Shown: positions 8,956 to 18,798 of the stretch, piece by piece | Layout of the letters: every line of letters begins with the position of its first letter | Numbering within the stretch: the stretch's first letter is position 1 | Origin: Candidatus Eiseniibacteriota bacterium | Lineage (GTDB): Bacteria > Eisenbacteria > RBG-16-71-46 | DNA length: 64,000 nucleotides | NCBI GenBank assembly: GCA_044223005.1 | Contig: JBGAML010000023.1 | Coordinates: 1 to 64,000 of the forward strand | Reading direction: 5' to 3' | Made by a program: the position numbers and the translations under genes | Notes under the pieces: model-generated | Told to the model about the DNA's origin: nothing | The model's database searches: none | Seen by the model: the letters and a program-made list of their open reading frames with translations, nothing else

Positions 8956-10404
8956 ATGAGCGAATCGCTCCCGCACGGCATCACCGCGATCGACGCGTTC
9001 CGCTGGCGCATTCCCGCGACGGGCGGCATGCGCGTACCGGGCGTGATCTTCGCCGACCGGGCGATGCTCGACACGATCCTCGCGGATCGCACGAGCGACC
9101 AGGTCCGCAACGCGGCGCACCTGCCGGGCATCCTCGAAGCGTCGATTGCGATGCCGGACGCGCACTGGGGCTACGGGCTGCCGGTGGGTGGCGTGGTCGC
9201 GACCGATCCGAAGGAAGGCGTGGTCTCGCCGGGCGCGGTGGGTTACGACATCGGCTGTGGCGTGCGGCTGCTCGCGAGCGGGCTGGCGCGAGCCGACGTC
9301 GCGCCGCGCATCGACGCGCTCGCCGACCAGCTCTTCCGCAACGTGCCGTGCGGCGTGGGCTCCGAGGGGGCGGTGCGCCTGCGCGAGGGCGATCTCGAGC
9401 GCGTGTTGCGCGACGGCGCGCGCTGGGCGCTGGCGCGCGGCTTCGGCGGCGGCTCGGACCTCGACCACTGCGAGGAGGGCGGCGTGCTCGCCGAGGCCGA
9501 GCCGCGCCACGTCTCGGCCGACGCGAAGGCGCGCGGCAAGGGACAGCTGGGCACGCTGGGCTCGGGCAACCACTTCCTCGAGGTGCAGGAGGTGGACGAG
9601 ATCTTCGACGCGCGGATCGCGCAGGCCTACGGTCTCGCGCCCGGTCGCGTGACGGTGATGATCCACTGCGGCTCGCGCGGACTCGGGCACCAGGTGTGCA
9701 CGGACCACGTGCGCGACGTGGCGCGCAAGCTCGGCGAGTGGCGGATCACGCTGCCCGATCGCCAGCTCGCGTGCGCGCCGATCGCGTCGCTCGAAGGCGA
9801 GCGCTACCTCGGCGCCATGCGCGCGGCGGCCAACTTCGCGTGGGCGAACCGCCAGTGCATCGCGCACGGCGTGCGCCGCGCGTTCGCCGACGTGCTCGGC
9901 GCCGAGGCGGGCCGGCTCGCGCTGGTCTACGACGTGGCGCACAACATCGCCAAGTTCGAGACGCACGCGCTTTCGGACGGTTCGCGCCGCCGCTGCCTCG
10001 TGCACCGCAAGGGGGCGACGCGCGCGTTCCCGGCCGGGCACGAGGCGGTGCCGGCCGCGTACCGCGGCGTCGGGCAGCCGGTGCTGGTGCCGGGCGACAT
10101 GGGCCGCTACTCGTACGTCCTCGCGGGCCGCCCGGGTGCGATGGCGCACGCGTTCGGCTCGTCCTGCCACGGCGCGGGCCGGCGCATGAGCCGCACGCAG
10201 GCGGTGCGCGAGACGCGCGGGCGCGACCTCGTCGCGGAATTGCGGGAGGCGGGCATCACGGTGCGCGCGGAAGGGCGCGATACGCTGCGCGAGGAGACGC
10301 CCGAGGCCTACAAGGACGTCGCCGACGTGGTGCGGGTGGTGGCGGGGGCGGACCTGGCGACGCCGGTGGCGCGCCTGCGCCCGTTCCTCGTCGTGAAGGG
10401 CTGA
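8956..10404 (+). CDS. rtcB: RNA 3'-phosphate/5'-OH ligase RtcB (long type)
   Basis: MPDAHWGYGLPVGGV, GYDIGCG, GTLGSGNHFLE, HCGSRG, HNIAK, HRKGAT, HGAGR, EETPEAYKDV. Confidence 0.96.
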   Translation: MSESLPHGITAIDAFRWRIPATGGMRVPGVIFADRAMLDTILADRTSDQVRNAAHLPGILEASIAMPDAHWGYGLPVGGVVATDPKEGVVSPGAVGYDIGCGVRLLASGLARADVAPRIDALADQLFRNVPCGVGSEGAVRLREGDLERVLRDGARWALARGFGGGSDLDHCEEGGVLAEAEPRHVSADAKARGKGQLGTLGSGNHFLEVQEVDEIFDARIAQAYGLAPGRVTVMIHCGSRGLGHQVCTDHVRDVARKLGEWRITLPDRQLACAPIASLEGERYLGAMRAAANFAWANRQCIAHGVRRAFADVLGAEAGRLALVYDVAHNIAKFETHALSDGSRRRCLVHRKGATRAFPAGHEAVPAAYRGVGQPVLVPGDMGRYSYVLAGRPGAMAHAFGSSCHGAGRRMSRTQAVRETRGRDLVAELREAGITVRAEGRDTLREETPEAYKDVADVVRVVAGADLATPVARLRPFLVVKG

Positions 10405-10567
10405 TTCCGCCGGGCGCGGGCGGCTCGCCCGCGCGCGGGGGGCGCGATGCCGCGTTCGGCCGCCGGCGCGTTCCGAAGTCCGTGCCGCCCGTGGTAGCGT
10501 GCCCCGTCCTGCCGCGTCACCGTCCGGCCGATCGTCGTGGCTCCATCTCCACGGAGGTCTCCGCTCC

Positions 10568-13075
10568 ATGCGCCCCCGCTCGCGACGCGTTCTCGCGCTC
10601 GCCCTCGTTCTCGCCGCGTCGTTCGCCATCGCCACCACGCCCGCGCTCGCGGGACCGCGCCCGCCGAGCCCGCTCGACGCCACTCAGTCGCGCCTGGCGC
10701 TCGCGAAGCTGCGCGTGGTGGGCAGCGTGCTCTACGTGGCCGCGCATCCCGACGACGAGAACACCGCGATGCTCGCGTGGCTCGCGCGCGGACGCATGGT
10801 GCGCACGGGGTACCTCTCGCTGACGCGCGGCGACGGCGGGCAGAACCTGATCGGTACCGAGCTGGGGCCCGAGCTGGGCGTGATCCGCACGCAGGAACTG
10901 CTCGCGGCGCGGCAGGTGGACGGCGCGGAGCAGTTCTTCTCGCGCGCAGTGGATTTCGGGTTCACGAAGAACCCGGAGGAGACGTTCGCGTTCTGGGACC
11001 GCGACTCGATCCTCTCCGACGTGGTGCGCGTGATCCGCCGCTTTCGCCCGGACGTGATCGTGACGCGCTTCCCGACCGACGGCGGCGGTGGCCACGGGCA
11101 CCACACGGCGAGCGCGATCCTCGCGGAGGAAGCGTTCCGCGTGGCCGCGGACCCGAAGCGCTTCCCGGGCTGCGGACCGGCGTGGCAGGCGAAGCGGATC
11201 CTCTGGAACGCATTCGCGCCGGGCAATGCGAAGCCCGACTCCACGTGGCTGCGCGTCGACGTGGGCGGCTACGACGCGGCGCTCGGGCGCTCGTTCGGCG
11301 AGATCGCGGCGGTGAGCCGCAGCAACCACAAGAGCCAGGGCTTCGGCGTGCCCGAGCGCCATGGTCCGCTGCCGAACCTGCTCGCGCTGCGCGGCGGCGA
11401 GCCCGCGGCGAACGACCTGCTGGACGGCGTCGAGCTCTCGTGGCGCCGCTTCGGGGGCGGCGCGCGCGTGGACTCGCTGCTCGCGCTCGCCGAGCGCGAG
11501 TTCGACGCGGACCGGCCGCAGGCCTCGCTGCCGCGCCTGCTGGCGGTGCGCGCGGCGCTCGACGCACCGGGCGGGCCGCCCGCGGGCGAGCCGATCGTGC
11601 GCGCGAAGCGCGCGGAGCTCGAGGCGCTGATCGCGTCGTGCACCGGACTCTGGGCGGAGGCCGTGGCCACGCGGGCGGTGGTGACGCCGGGCGACACGGT
11701 GGCGGTGGTGGTCTCGCTCGTGAACCGATTGGGTGTGCCGGTCTCGCTCGCCTCGGTCGCCGTGGGCGACGCCCGCGACGCGGCCGCTGCGGGACAGGCG
11801 GTGCGCGGCACATGGAGCGACACGCTGCGCGTCGCGATCCCCGCGAACGCGGCGCCGACGCAGCCCTACTGGCTCGTGGAGCCGCCGGGGCGCGGGCGCG
11901 TGAGCGTGGCGCGTCCCGACGACATCGGCCGGCCCGAGAGCGATCCGGCGCTGGTCGCGCGGGTGACGCTGGCGCTGGAGGGCGGCGCGCCGCTGCCGCT
12001 CGAGCTGCCCGTGGCGTACCGCTGGGCGGACCCGGTGCAGGGCGAGCGCTGGCGCGCGCTGGTCGTGGCGCCGCCCGCGACGCTCGCGTTCGATCACGGC
12101 ACGTACGTGTTCCCGGACCGCTCGCCGCGCGAGATCGTGGTGACGGTCACGGCGCAGCGCGCGGCGGTCGCGGGCAAGCTGCAGCTCGCGCTGCCCGCCG
12201 GGTGGACGGCGGCGCCGCCGAGCGCCGACGTGAACGCGAGCGCGGCGGGGGGGCCGGCGCGCGTGCGCTTCCTCGTCACGCCGGGCGCGGGTGCGGCCGC
12301 CGCGAGCGTCACCGCGCGCCTCACGGTGGGCGGCCGCACGTGGGCGCAGTCCATGGAGACGATCGACCACCCGCACATCCCGATCCAGGTGATCGACCCG
12401 CCGGCGACGGCGCGGCTGGTGCGCACCGACGTCCAGCGCGCGGACGCGCGCGTGGCGTACGTCGCGGGCTCGGGCGACGCGATCCCGGACGCGCTGCACC
12501 AGCTGGACCTGCCGGCCACGGTGCTCTCGGACGACGACTTGGACCACGGCGATCTCGCGCGCTTCGACGTGATCGTGACCGGCGTGCGCGCGATCAACAC
12601 GCGGCCCGCGCTGGTCGCGGCGATGCCGCGGCTGCTCGAGTGGGTGAAGCAGGGCGGCACGCTGCTCACGATGTACGTGACGCCCGACGCGTCGCTGCCG
12701 GCGCTCGGGCCGTATCCGTTCACCGTGTCGCGCGATCGCGTGACGGTGGAGGAGGCGCCCGTGCGCTTCCGCGACCCGAAACACCCGCTGCTCACGACGC
12801 CCAACGCGATCGGCGACTCCGACTTCGCGGGCTGGGTGCAGGAGCGCGGGCTGTCGTTCGCCAACCCGTACGACCCGCGCTACGAGACGCCGCTCTCCTG
12901 CAACGACCCGGGCGAGCCGGCGCGCGATGGCGGCCTGCTGTACGCACCCTACGGCCGCGGGGCGTTCGAGTACTGCGGCTACGCGCTCTTCCGCCAGCTG
13001 CCGGCGGGCGTGCCGGGCGCATGGCGGCTGTTCGCGAACCTGCTTTCGGCGCGCGGGCACGCCCCGACGCCGTGA
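10568..13075 (+). CDS. Secreted PIG-L/LmbE family deacetylase with Ig-like and C-terminal GATase-like domains
   Basis: Signal peptide, AAHPDDE, TRGDGGQNLIG, HGHH, HKSQGFG, WVQERG. Confidence 0.9.
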   Translation: MRPRSRRVLALALVLAASFAIATTPALAGPRPPSPLDATQSRLALAKLRVVGSVLYVAAHPDDENTAMLAWLARGRMVRTGYLSLTRGDGGQNLIGTELGPELGVIRTQELLAARQVDGAEQFFSRAVDFGFTKNPEETFAFWDRDSILSDVVRVIRRFRPDVIVTRFPTDGGGGHGHHTASAILAEEAFRVAADPKRFPGCGPAWQAKRILWNAFAPGNAKPDSTWLRVDVGGYDAALGRSFGEIAAVSRSNHKSQGFGVPERHGPLPNLLALRGGEPAANDLLDGVELSWRRFGGGARVDSLLALAEREFDADRPQASLPRLLAVRAALDAPGGPPAGEPIVRAKRAELEALIASCTGLWAEAVATRAVVTPGDTVAVVVSLVNRLGVPVSLASVAVGDARDAAAAGQAVRGTWSDTLRVAIPANAAPTQPYWLVEPPGRGRVSVARPDDIGRPESDPALVARVTLALEGGAPLPLELPVAYRWADPVQGERWRALVVAPPATLAFDHGTYVFPDRSPREIVVTVTAQRAAVAGKLQLALPAGWTAAPPSADVNASAAGGPARVRFLVTPGAGAAAASVTARLTVGGRTWAQSMETIDHPHIPIQVIDPPATARLVRTDVQRADARVAYVAGSGDAIPDALHQLDLPATVLSDDDLDHGDLARFDVIVTGVRAINTRPALVAAMPRLLEWVKQGGTLLTMYVTPDASLPALGPYPFTVSRDRVTVEEAPVRFRDPKHPLLTTPNAIGDSDFAGWVQERGLSFANPYDPRYETPLSCNDPGEPARDGGLLYAPYGRGAFEYCGYALFRQLPAGVPGAWRLFANLLSARGHAPTP

Positions 13076-13194
13076 GCGAGCGCGATCCGGACGCGCCGCC
13101 GCTGCTCTCGTGGCGGGCGCTCTACGCGGTCGTGATCGGGGCGCTGGCGCTCGCGATCGCGGCGCTGTCGTGGCTCACGGAGGCGTTCCGGTGA
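13072..13194 (+). CDS. 40-aa single-TM membrane protein (symporter-associated)
   Basis: MSERDPDAPPLLSWRALYAVVIGALALAIAALSWLTEAFR; GTGA overlaps with both neighbouring genes. Confidence 0.7.
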   Translation: MSERDPDAPPLLSWRALYAVVIGALALAIAALSWLTEAFR

Positions 13195-14906
13195 GGCCGC
13201 TCGACGCCGGGGTGATGATCGCGACGCTCGCGGCGCTCGTGCTCTGGGGCCTCTGGCGCAGCCGCGGCACGCGCGACCTGCCGGGCTACCTGGTCGCGAA
13301 CCGCCAGCTGCCGTGGCCCGTGGTGGCGCTCTCGGTGATGGCGACGCAGGCGAGCGCGGTGACGTTCCTCGCGACGCCGGGGCAGGGCTACGTGGGTGGA
13401 CTGTCGTTCGTGCAGTTCTACTTCGGCCTGCCGCTCGCCATGGTGGTGCTGTGCGCGACGCTGGTGCCGGCGTTCCAGCGGCTGCGCGTGCGCACGGCGT
13501 ACGAGTACCTCGAGCAGCGCTTCGACGGCCGCGTGCGCACGCTGGCGGCGGCGCTGTTCCTGCTGCAGCGCGGGCTCTCGGCGGGCATCACGCTGTTCGC
13601 GCCCTCGCTGGTGCTGTCGGTGATCCTGGGTTGGGACCTGCGCCTGACGTGCGTGCTGCTCGGGCTGCTCGTCGTGGGCGTGACGACGCTGGGCGGCGCG
13701 CGCGCGATCGGGCCGACGCACGCGCTGCAGTTCGCCATCATCCTCGCGGCGATGGCGCTGGCGTTCGTGCTGGTGGCGCGCGACCTGGGCGCGACGCTGC
13801 GCCCGGCCGAGGTGCTCGCGGTGGCGGGGCACTACGGCAAGCTGAACGCGGTCGACCTGCACTTCGACCCGCGCAGCCGCTACAACCTGTGGGCGGGCCT
13901 GGTCGGCGGGCTCTTCCTGCAGCTCTCGTACTTCGGCACCGACCAGTCGCAGGTGGGCCGGTACCTCGCCGCGAAATCGACGGCGGCCGGCCGCATGGGG
14001 CTGCTGTTCAACGGCCTCTTCAAGGTGCCGATGCAGTTCGCGATCCTGCTGCTGGGCGTGCTCGTGTTCGTGGCCGACCAGCGCAGCGCCACGCCGCTCT
14101 TCTTCGATCCGTCGAGCGAGGCGCGCGTGGTCGCGGGTCCGCACGCGGACGCCTGGCACGCGCTCGAGGCCGAGCACGCGGCGCTGGGGGGCGAACGCCG
14201 CGCGGCGCTCGATCGCTGGCTGGCGGCGCGGCGGGGGCAGGGTGACGTGGCCGCGGCGTCCGCGGCGTTGGACGGCGTGCGCGCCCGCGACGGCGCGGTG
14301 CGCGACTCCGCGATCGCGCTGATCCGCGCCACCGACCGCGGCGCGAACACCAACGACACGAACTACGTCTTCCTGCGCCACGTGCTGGCGCACCTGCCGG
14401 TGGGCGTCGTCGGGCTGGTGCTGGCGGCGATCCTCGCGGCGGCGATGAACACGATCGCGTCCGAGATCCACGCGCTCACGAGCACGACGGTGGTCGACGT
14501 GCTCGCGCGGATTCCCGGCGGCCCGAAGGCCGACGGCGCGGCGCTGGGCTGGTCGCGCGCGGCCAGCATCTTCTGGATCGCGTTCGCGGTGGGCTTCTCG
14601 CAGCTGGTGGGCCGCTCGGGCTCGCTGGTCGAGACGGTGAACGTGCTCGGCTCGCTCTTCTACGGCACGATCCTCGGCATCTTCCTCTGCGCGTTCCTGG
14701 TGAAGCGCGCGGGCGGCGGCGCCGTGTTCGTCGCGGCACTGGTCGCCGAAGCGGCGGTACTGGCGTGCTGGAAGCTGGACGTGGTGGGCTGGCTCTGGTT
14801 CAACGTGATCGGCTGCGTGCTCACGGTGGGACTCGCGGCCCTGCTCGCGGCCCTGAAACCGTCGTGGCGCGCCCCCGCGAACGGGAACGCGCCACGTGTA
14901 GCCTGA
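13191..14906 (+). CDS. Sodium:solute symporter (SSS/SLC5 family)
   Basis: SVMATQASAVTFL, TAYEYLEQRF, YFGTDQSQVGRYL, many TM helices. Confidence 0.92.
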   Translation: MRPLDAGVMIATLAALVLWGLWRSRGTRDLPGYLVANRQLPWPVVALSVMATQASAVTFLATPGQGYVGGLSFVQFYFGLPLAMVVLCATLVPAFQRLRVRTAYEYLEQRFDGRVRTLAAALFLLQRGLSAGITLFAPSLVLSVILGWDLRLTCVLLGLLVVGVTTLGGARAIGPTHALQFAIILAAMALAFVLVARDLGATLRPAEVLAVAGHYGKLNAVDLHFDPRSRYNLWAGLVGGLFLQLSYFGTDQSQVGRYLAAKSTAAGRMGLLFNGLFKVPMQFAILLLGVLVFVADQRSATPLFFDPSSEARVVAGPHADAWHALEAEHAALGGERRAALDRWLAARRGQGDVAAASAALDGVRARDGAVRDSAIALIRATDRGANTNDTNYVFLRHVLAHLPVGVVGLVLAAILAAAMNTIASEIHALTSTTVVDVLARIPGGPKADGAALGWSRAASIFWIAFAVGFSQLVGRSGSLVETVNVLGSLFYGTILGIFLCAFLVKRAGGGAVFVAALVAEAAVLACWKLDVVGWLWFNVIGCVLTVGLAALLAALKPSWRAPANGNAPRVA

Positions 14907-14919
14907 TCGGGAAGAGCGG

Positions 14920-15786
14920 TTACTTCTTGCCGCTCCATTCCGCGAGCAGCTTCTCGAGCGGCGCGATCTGCTGCGGCTCGACGTTCTTGTCGGCCTTGCC
15001 GAGCGCGATGGACTTCGTGATGCGCGCGATCGCCGAGTCCTTGCGGCCCGCCTTCCAGTCGAGCTTGGCCGCGAGCGCGAGCGTGCTGAAGTTCTCCTGC
15101 ACCTTCAGCGCCTTCGCCGACCACGTGGCGACGTCCTCGGGCGCGACGCCCGCGTCGTTGGCCCAGTTGGCGGCGCGATAGGGCGTGCGCCAGTCGTCGG
15201 CCTTCGCGCCGGCGACCGCGGCGCGCGCGTCTTTGAGGACCTTGGCGTTCACGTCGACGGTGATCGTGACCGGCACGCGCACCTTCTCCCAGCGCAGCGC
15301 GAGCGTGCACGAGCTGGGCGTCAGGTCGTCGAACGCGAACTGCATCCACTCCTGGTGCGGCGCCGCCTCGGGCTTCACGGTGACGCGCAGCTGGTCGTTC
15401 TTGGGGTCGTAGGCGAACGCGCCCCACATGTCCTTCTGCTTGCTGAACGCGACGACCCAGTGGTCGGCCGACGGAATGGTGACGATGCCGTACGTGCCCG
15501 CGGGCAGCGCCTGACCCTCGACCATGATGTCGTCGGTGGTCGTGAAGTCGGTGATCTCGTTGGCGCCGGTGCGCCAGGGCTTGTCCCACGGCACGAGGTC
15601 ACCCCAGATGGTGCGGCCCTTCACACCGGGCCGGCAGTACTTCACGGAGAGCTCGGTGGTGCCGACGGTCTGCGACACGCTGGCGTTGGGGCTCACGCGC
15701 GGCGTGGTGAAGTCGGCGTGCGCGGGAACGAGCGGCAGGGCCGCGGTGAGCGTGGCCACGGCGACGGCGAAGCGAAGGGCGCGCAT
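14920..15786 (-). CDS. Secreted DUF2911-family protein
   Basis: Signal peptide, PRVSP, YCRPGVKGRTIWGDLVPW, WRTGANE, helical C-terminus. Confidence 0.88.
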   Translation of the reverse strand: MRALRFAVAVATLTAALPLVPAHADFTTPRVSPNASVSQTVGTTELSVKYCRPGVKGRTIWGDLVPWDKPWRTGANEITDFTTTDDIMVEGQALPAGTYGIVTIPSADHWVVAFSKQKDMWGAFAYDPKNDQLRVTVKPEAAPHQEWMQFAFDDLTPSSCTLALRWEKVRVPVTITVDVNAKVLKDARAAVAGAKADDWRTPYRAANWANDAGVAPEDVATWSAKALKVQENFSTLALAAKLDWKAGRKDSAIARITKSIALGKADKNVEPQQIAPLEKLLAEWSGKK

Positions 15787-16353
15787 AGGTCTCCTCGGAA
15801 GGACGTGGGGCGTCGGGGGGAGGATGGAACTCCCGGAACGGCGCGGAACCTAGCACGCGAAGCGAAGCGGTCGCGATGGGGCGAGGGCAGTTTTTGCTTT
15901 GGCGGGACGAGTGGGTGGTGGGCGCGGCGCTTGGCGCGATGCGTTGAGGCGGAGGCGCGGGCCGCCGGTGTGGCGCGCGTCGGGCGCGGGGGCCGGTGGC
16001 GCGAGGGCGCGGGCGGCGCGGGTGGTGCCGGGGCACTCGCACCGCGCCGTGGACGCGGCTCGAGTGCGCGGGCCGGCGGCGCGAGCTGCACCGGAGCGCT
16101 CGCGCTCGCGGCGCGAGGCGCGAGATTGCTCTTGACGGCTTCGCGGACGCGCGACGCGCCGGGTCGAGAAGGCAGTGCGTGCATGGCGTGAGCGCGCCGT
16201 GCATGCGCTCTCGCCGCCTCGCGCGCCCAGGTCCTCGCGCGTTGTCGAGAACAGCTCGTTTCGCGGCGCACGGGCGCGTGCGGTGGCCGAATTCACGCGT
16301 GCTATGAAAGAGCTGCGCCCGACGCACACCCGCCCCCGACGCGGATGTGTCTC

Positions 16354-17670
16354 ATGAACAGCTTCGGACGAACGCAATTCCCGGACCACGTGCTGATGCA
16401 GTCCTGCCGCGAGCACGTGTCGCACGAACGCCGCGCGACGGCGGAGCTTCTCGCCGATCTCGCCGAGGTGGATGCGCGGCGGCTCTACGCGCCGGCGGGG
16501 TATTCGTCGCTCTACGCGTGGTGCGTGGGGGAGCTGCGGCTTTCGGAGAACGCGGCGTACAAGCGCATCCAGGCGGCGAAGGCTTCGCGTGAGTTCCCCG
16601 CGCTGCTCGATGCAGTCGCAGATGGCCGGCTGCACTTGAGCGCTGTCGTGCTTCTCGCGCCGAACCTTTCGCGTGAGAACGTCTCCGAACTGATCGCCGC
16701 CACGACACACAAGACCTGCGAAGCGATCAAGCTCGTGCTGGCCGAGCGTTTTCCGCGCCCCGACGTGCCCACGAGTGTGCGCCCGGTCACCGAGCATTGC
16801 GGCAACTCACTGGATTTGAAACCAGTGATTCTGACGGAGACTGAACATCAGGCTGCCGTGGCGGCCACGCCGGAGACGTGCGTCGCGCCGCCAACCGCGC
16901 CGCCCGCCCGCGTCGCCCCACTTGCGCCCGGCCGCTACGAGCTCCGTGGCACGCTCGACGCCGACGCGCATGCCGACCTGCGGGTCGCGCAGGAGCTGCT
17001 CGGCGTGCACGCGGGTGACGCGATCGCCGTGATCGCGCGCGCCCTTAAGCTCCTGCGTCGCGACCTGGAGCGCCGGCGTTGCGCCGCGACGGACAGGCCC
17101 CGGACGCAGCGCCGCACCGTGAAGACCCGCACGATCCCGGCCGCGGTTCGGCGCGAGGTCTGGCAGCGCGATGGCGGGCAGTGCACGTTCACGAGCGAGA
17201 CGGGCCATCGCTGCGAAGAGCGCAAGGCGCTCGAGTGCGATCACATCATCCCGGAGGCCCTCGGCGGCGACGATTCGGCCGCGAACCTGCGCCTGCGTTG
17301 CCGGGCGCACAACCATCTGGAGGCCGAACGCGTGTACGGCCGTGCGTTCATGGAGGGCAAGCGCGAGGCCGCGCGGGAGCGGAAGCTCCGGCGCCAGCGC
17401 GAACGGGAGCAGGCGGAGCACGCGAGACGCGAAGCCCGCGCCGCGGCGGCCGAGACGCGCGCCGCGGACGCGCGGCGCGAAGCCGAGCTCCGCGAGCGCG
17501 CGTGCGAAGTCGTGCCGTGGCTGCGCCAGCTGGGCTTTCGCGCGGACGAGGCGAAGCGGGCCGCCGAGAGCGCCGCGGCGAACGCACCCGGCGCCCCGCT
17601 CGAGCAGCGCGTGAAGTTCGCGATCGCGACGCTGGCGCCGCGGGGGGCGCGGAACACAGCGATGGCATGA
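16354..17670 (+). CDS. HNH endonuclease with a DUF222-like N-terminus and a RuvA-domain-III-like C-terminus
   Basis: GYSSLYAWC...AYKRI N-domain; RDGGQC...RC...DHIIP..GG...NLRLRCRAHN HNH domain. Confidence 0.85.
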   Translation: MNSFGRTQFPDHVLMQSCREHVSHERRATAELLADLAEVDARRLYAPAGYSSLYAWCVGELRLSENAAYKRIQAAKASREFPALLDAVADGRLHLSAVVLLAPNLSRENVSELIAATTHKTCEAIKLVLAERFPRPDVPTSVRPVTEHCGNSLDLKPVILTETEHQAAVAATPETCVAPPTAPPARVAPLAPGRYELRGTLDADAHADLRVAQELLGVHAGDAIAVIARALKLLRRDLERRRCAATDRPRTQRRTVKTRTIPAAVRREVWQRDGGQCTFTSETGHRCEERKALECDHIIPEALGGDDSAANLRLRCRAHNHLEAERVYGRAFMEGKREAARERKLRRQREREQAEHARREARAAAAETRAADARREAELRERACEVVPWLRQLGFRADEAKRAAESAAANAPGAPLEQRVKFAIATLAPRGARNTAMA

Positions 17671-17903
17671 CGGTGGGAGCATCGCCGCTCTCGAGGCTCG
17701 TGCGGCCGGCGAGATTGTCCGGGCAGCGGGAGGGAGCCGCGCGCCGCCGGCGCGGGCCTCGTCGAGGGACGCCCCGCCCGGCTCCGGCGTGCCGCGATGG
17801 AGACGGCGTCGCGCCTGCCGAGACGCGGGAATCAGCGTCCCGCCGCGCGCTTCCTCCGCTACACTCCGCCGCGATCACTTCCCATCCATCCTGGAGGTGT
17901 CGC

Positions 17904-18749
17904 ATGTCCCTCGAAACGCCGCGCTCCTCAGGTGCGCCCGCCGACCCGCCCGCCGATCCGCTCGCCGCGTTCAAGCTCGTCCAGCGTGAAGGCTGGTCGC
18001 ACTTCGGTCCGCTCGCCGTGTTCACCACCCCGAGCGCGGCGCGGCTCGTGCGCTTCGCGGGGATCTGTCCCGGCGATCGCGTGCTCGACGTGGGCTCGGG
18101 TACCGGCGTCGTCGCGATCACCGCGGCGCGAGCCGGCGCGCAGGTGACGGGCTCGGACCTGACACCCGAGCTGCTCGAGCAGGCGCGCGACAACGCGCGC
18201 ATCGCGGGCGCGTCGCTGGAGTGGCGCGAGGCGGACGTCGAGGCGCTGCCGTTCGAAGATGCTTCGTTCGACGTGGTCACGAGCCAGTTCGGGCACATGT
18301 TCGCGCCGCGGCCGGACGTGGCGATTGCGGAGATGCTGCGGGTGCTCAAGCCGGGCGGGACGATCGCGTTCTCGACCTGGCCGCCGGATCACTTCGTGGG
18401 ACAGACGTTCACGATCGTCGGCCAGTTCGCGCCGCCACCACCGCCGGGCGCGTCGTCGCCGGTGCCGTGGGGCGAGCCGGCGGTGATCCGCGAGCGGCTC
18501 GGCGAATCCGTGCGCGATCTCGCGTTCGAGCGCGACCTCATGGTGGTGAACGCGCTGAGCCCGGGGCACGTGGTGTTCGTGCTCGAGCACACGGCGGGCC
18601 CGGTGCGGAAGCTGGTGGAGGTGTTGTCCGAGAAATCGCCGGCGCGGCTCGCCGAACTGCGGCAGGCGCTGGGCGCGCTGGCGGAGCGCTACTTCGAGGG
18701 CAACCAGCTGCGGCAGTCGTATCTCATGACGCGGGCGGTGAAGCGCTGA
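17904..18749 (+). CDS. Class I SAM-dependent methyltransferase
   Basis: VLDVGSGTG, ADVEALPFEDASFD, RVLKPGG; SD GGAGGT. Confidence 0.92.
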   Translation: MSLETPRSSGAPADPPADPLAAFKLVQREGWSHFGPLAVFTTPSAARLVRFAGICPGDRVLDVGSGTGVVAITAARAGAQVTGSDLTPELLEQARDNARIAGASLEWREADVEALPFEDASFDVVTSQFGHMFAPRPDVAIAEMLRVLKPGGTIAFSTWPPDHFVGQTFTIVGQFAPPPPPGASSPVPWGEPAVIRERLGESVRDLAFERDLMVVNALSPGHVVFVLEHTAGPVRKLVEVLSEKSPARLAELRQALGALAERYFEGNQLRQSYLMTRAVKR

Positions 18750-18798
18750 CGTCTCGCGTTCGGCGGGGTCTGCGCCACGGCGCGGCCCCGCACTGGCG

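Noticed and set aside
16247..16263. Firmicute-type SOS box before the HNH gene (GAAC...GTTT)
   Set aside because: Wrong spacing and a mismatched half-site; not repeated upstream of uvrA.
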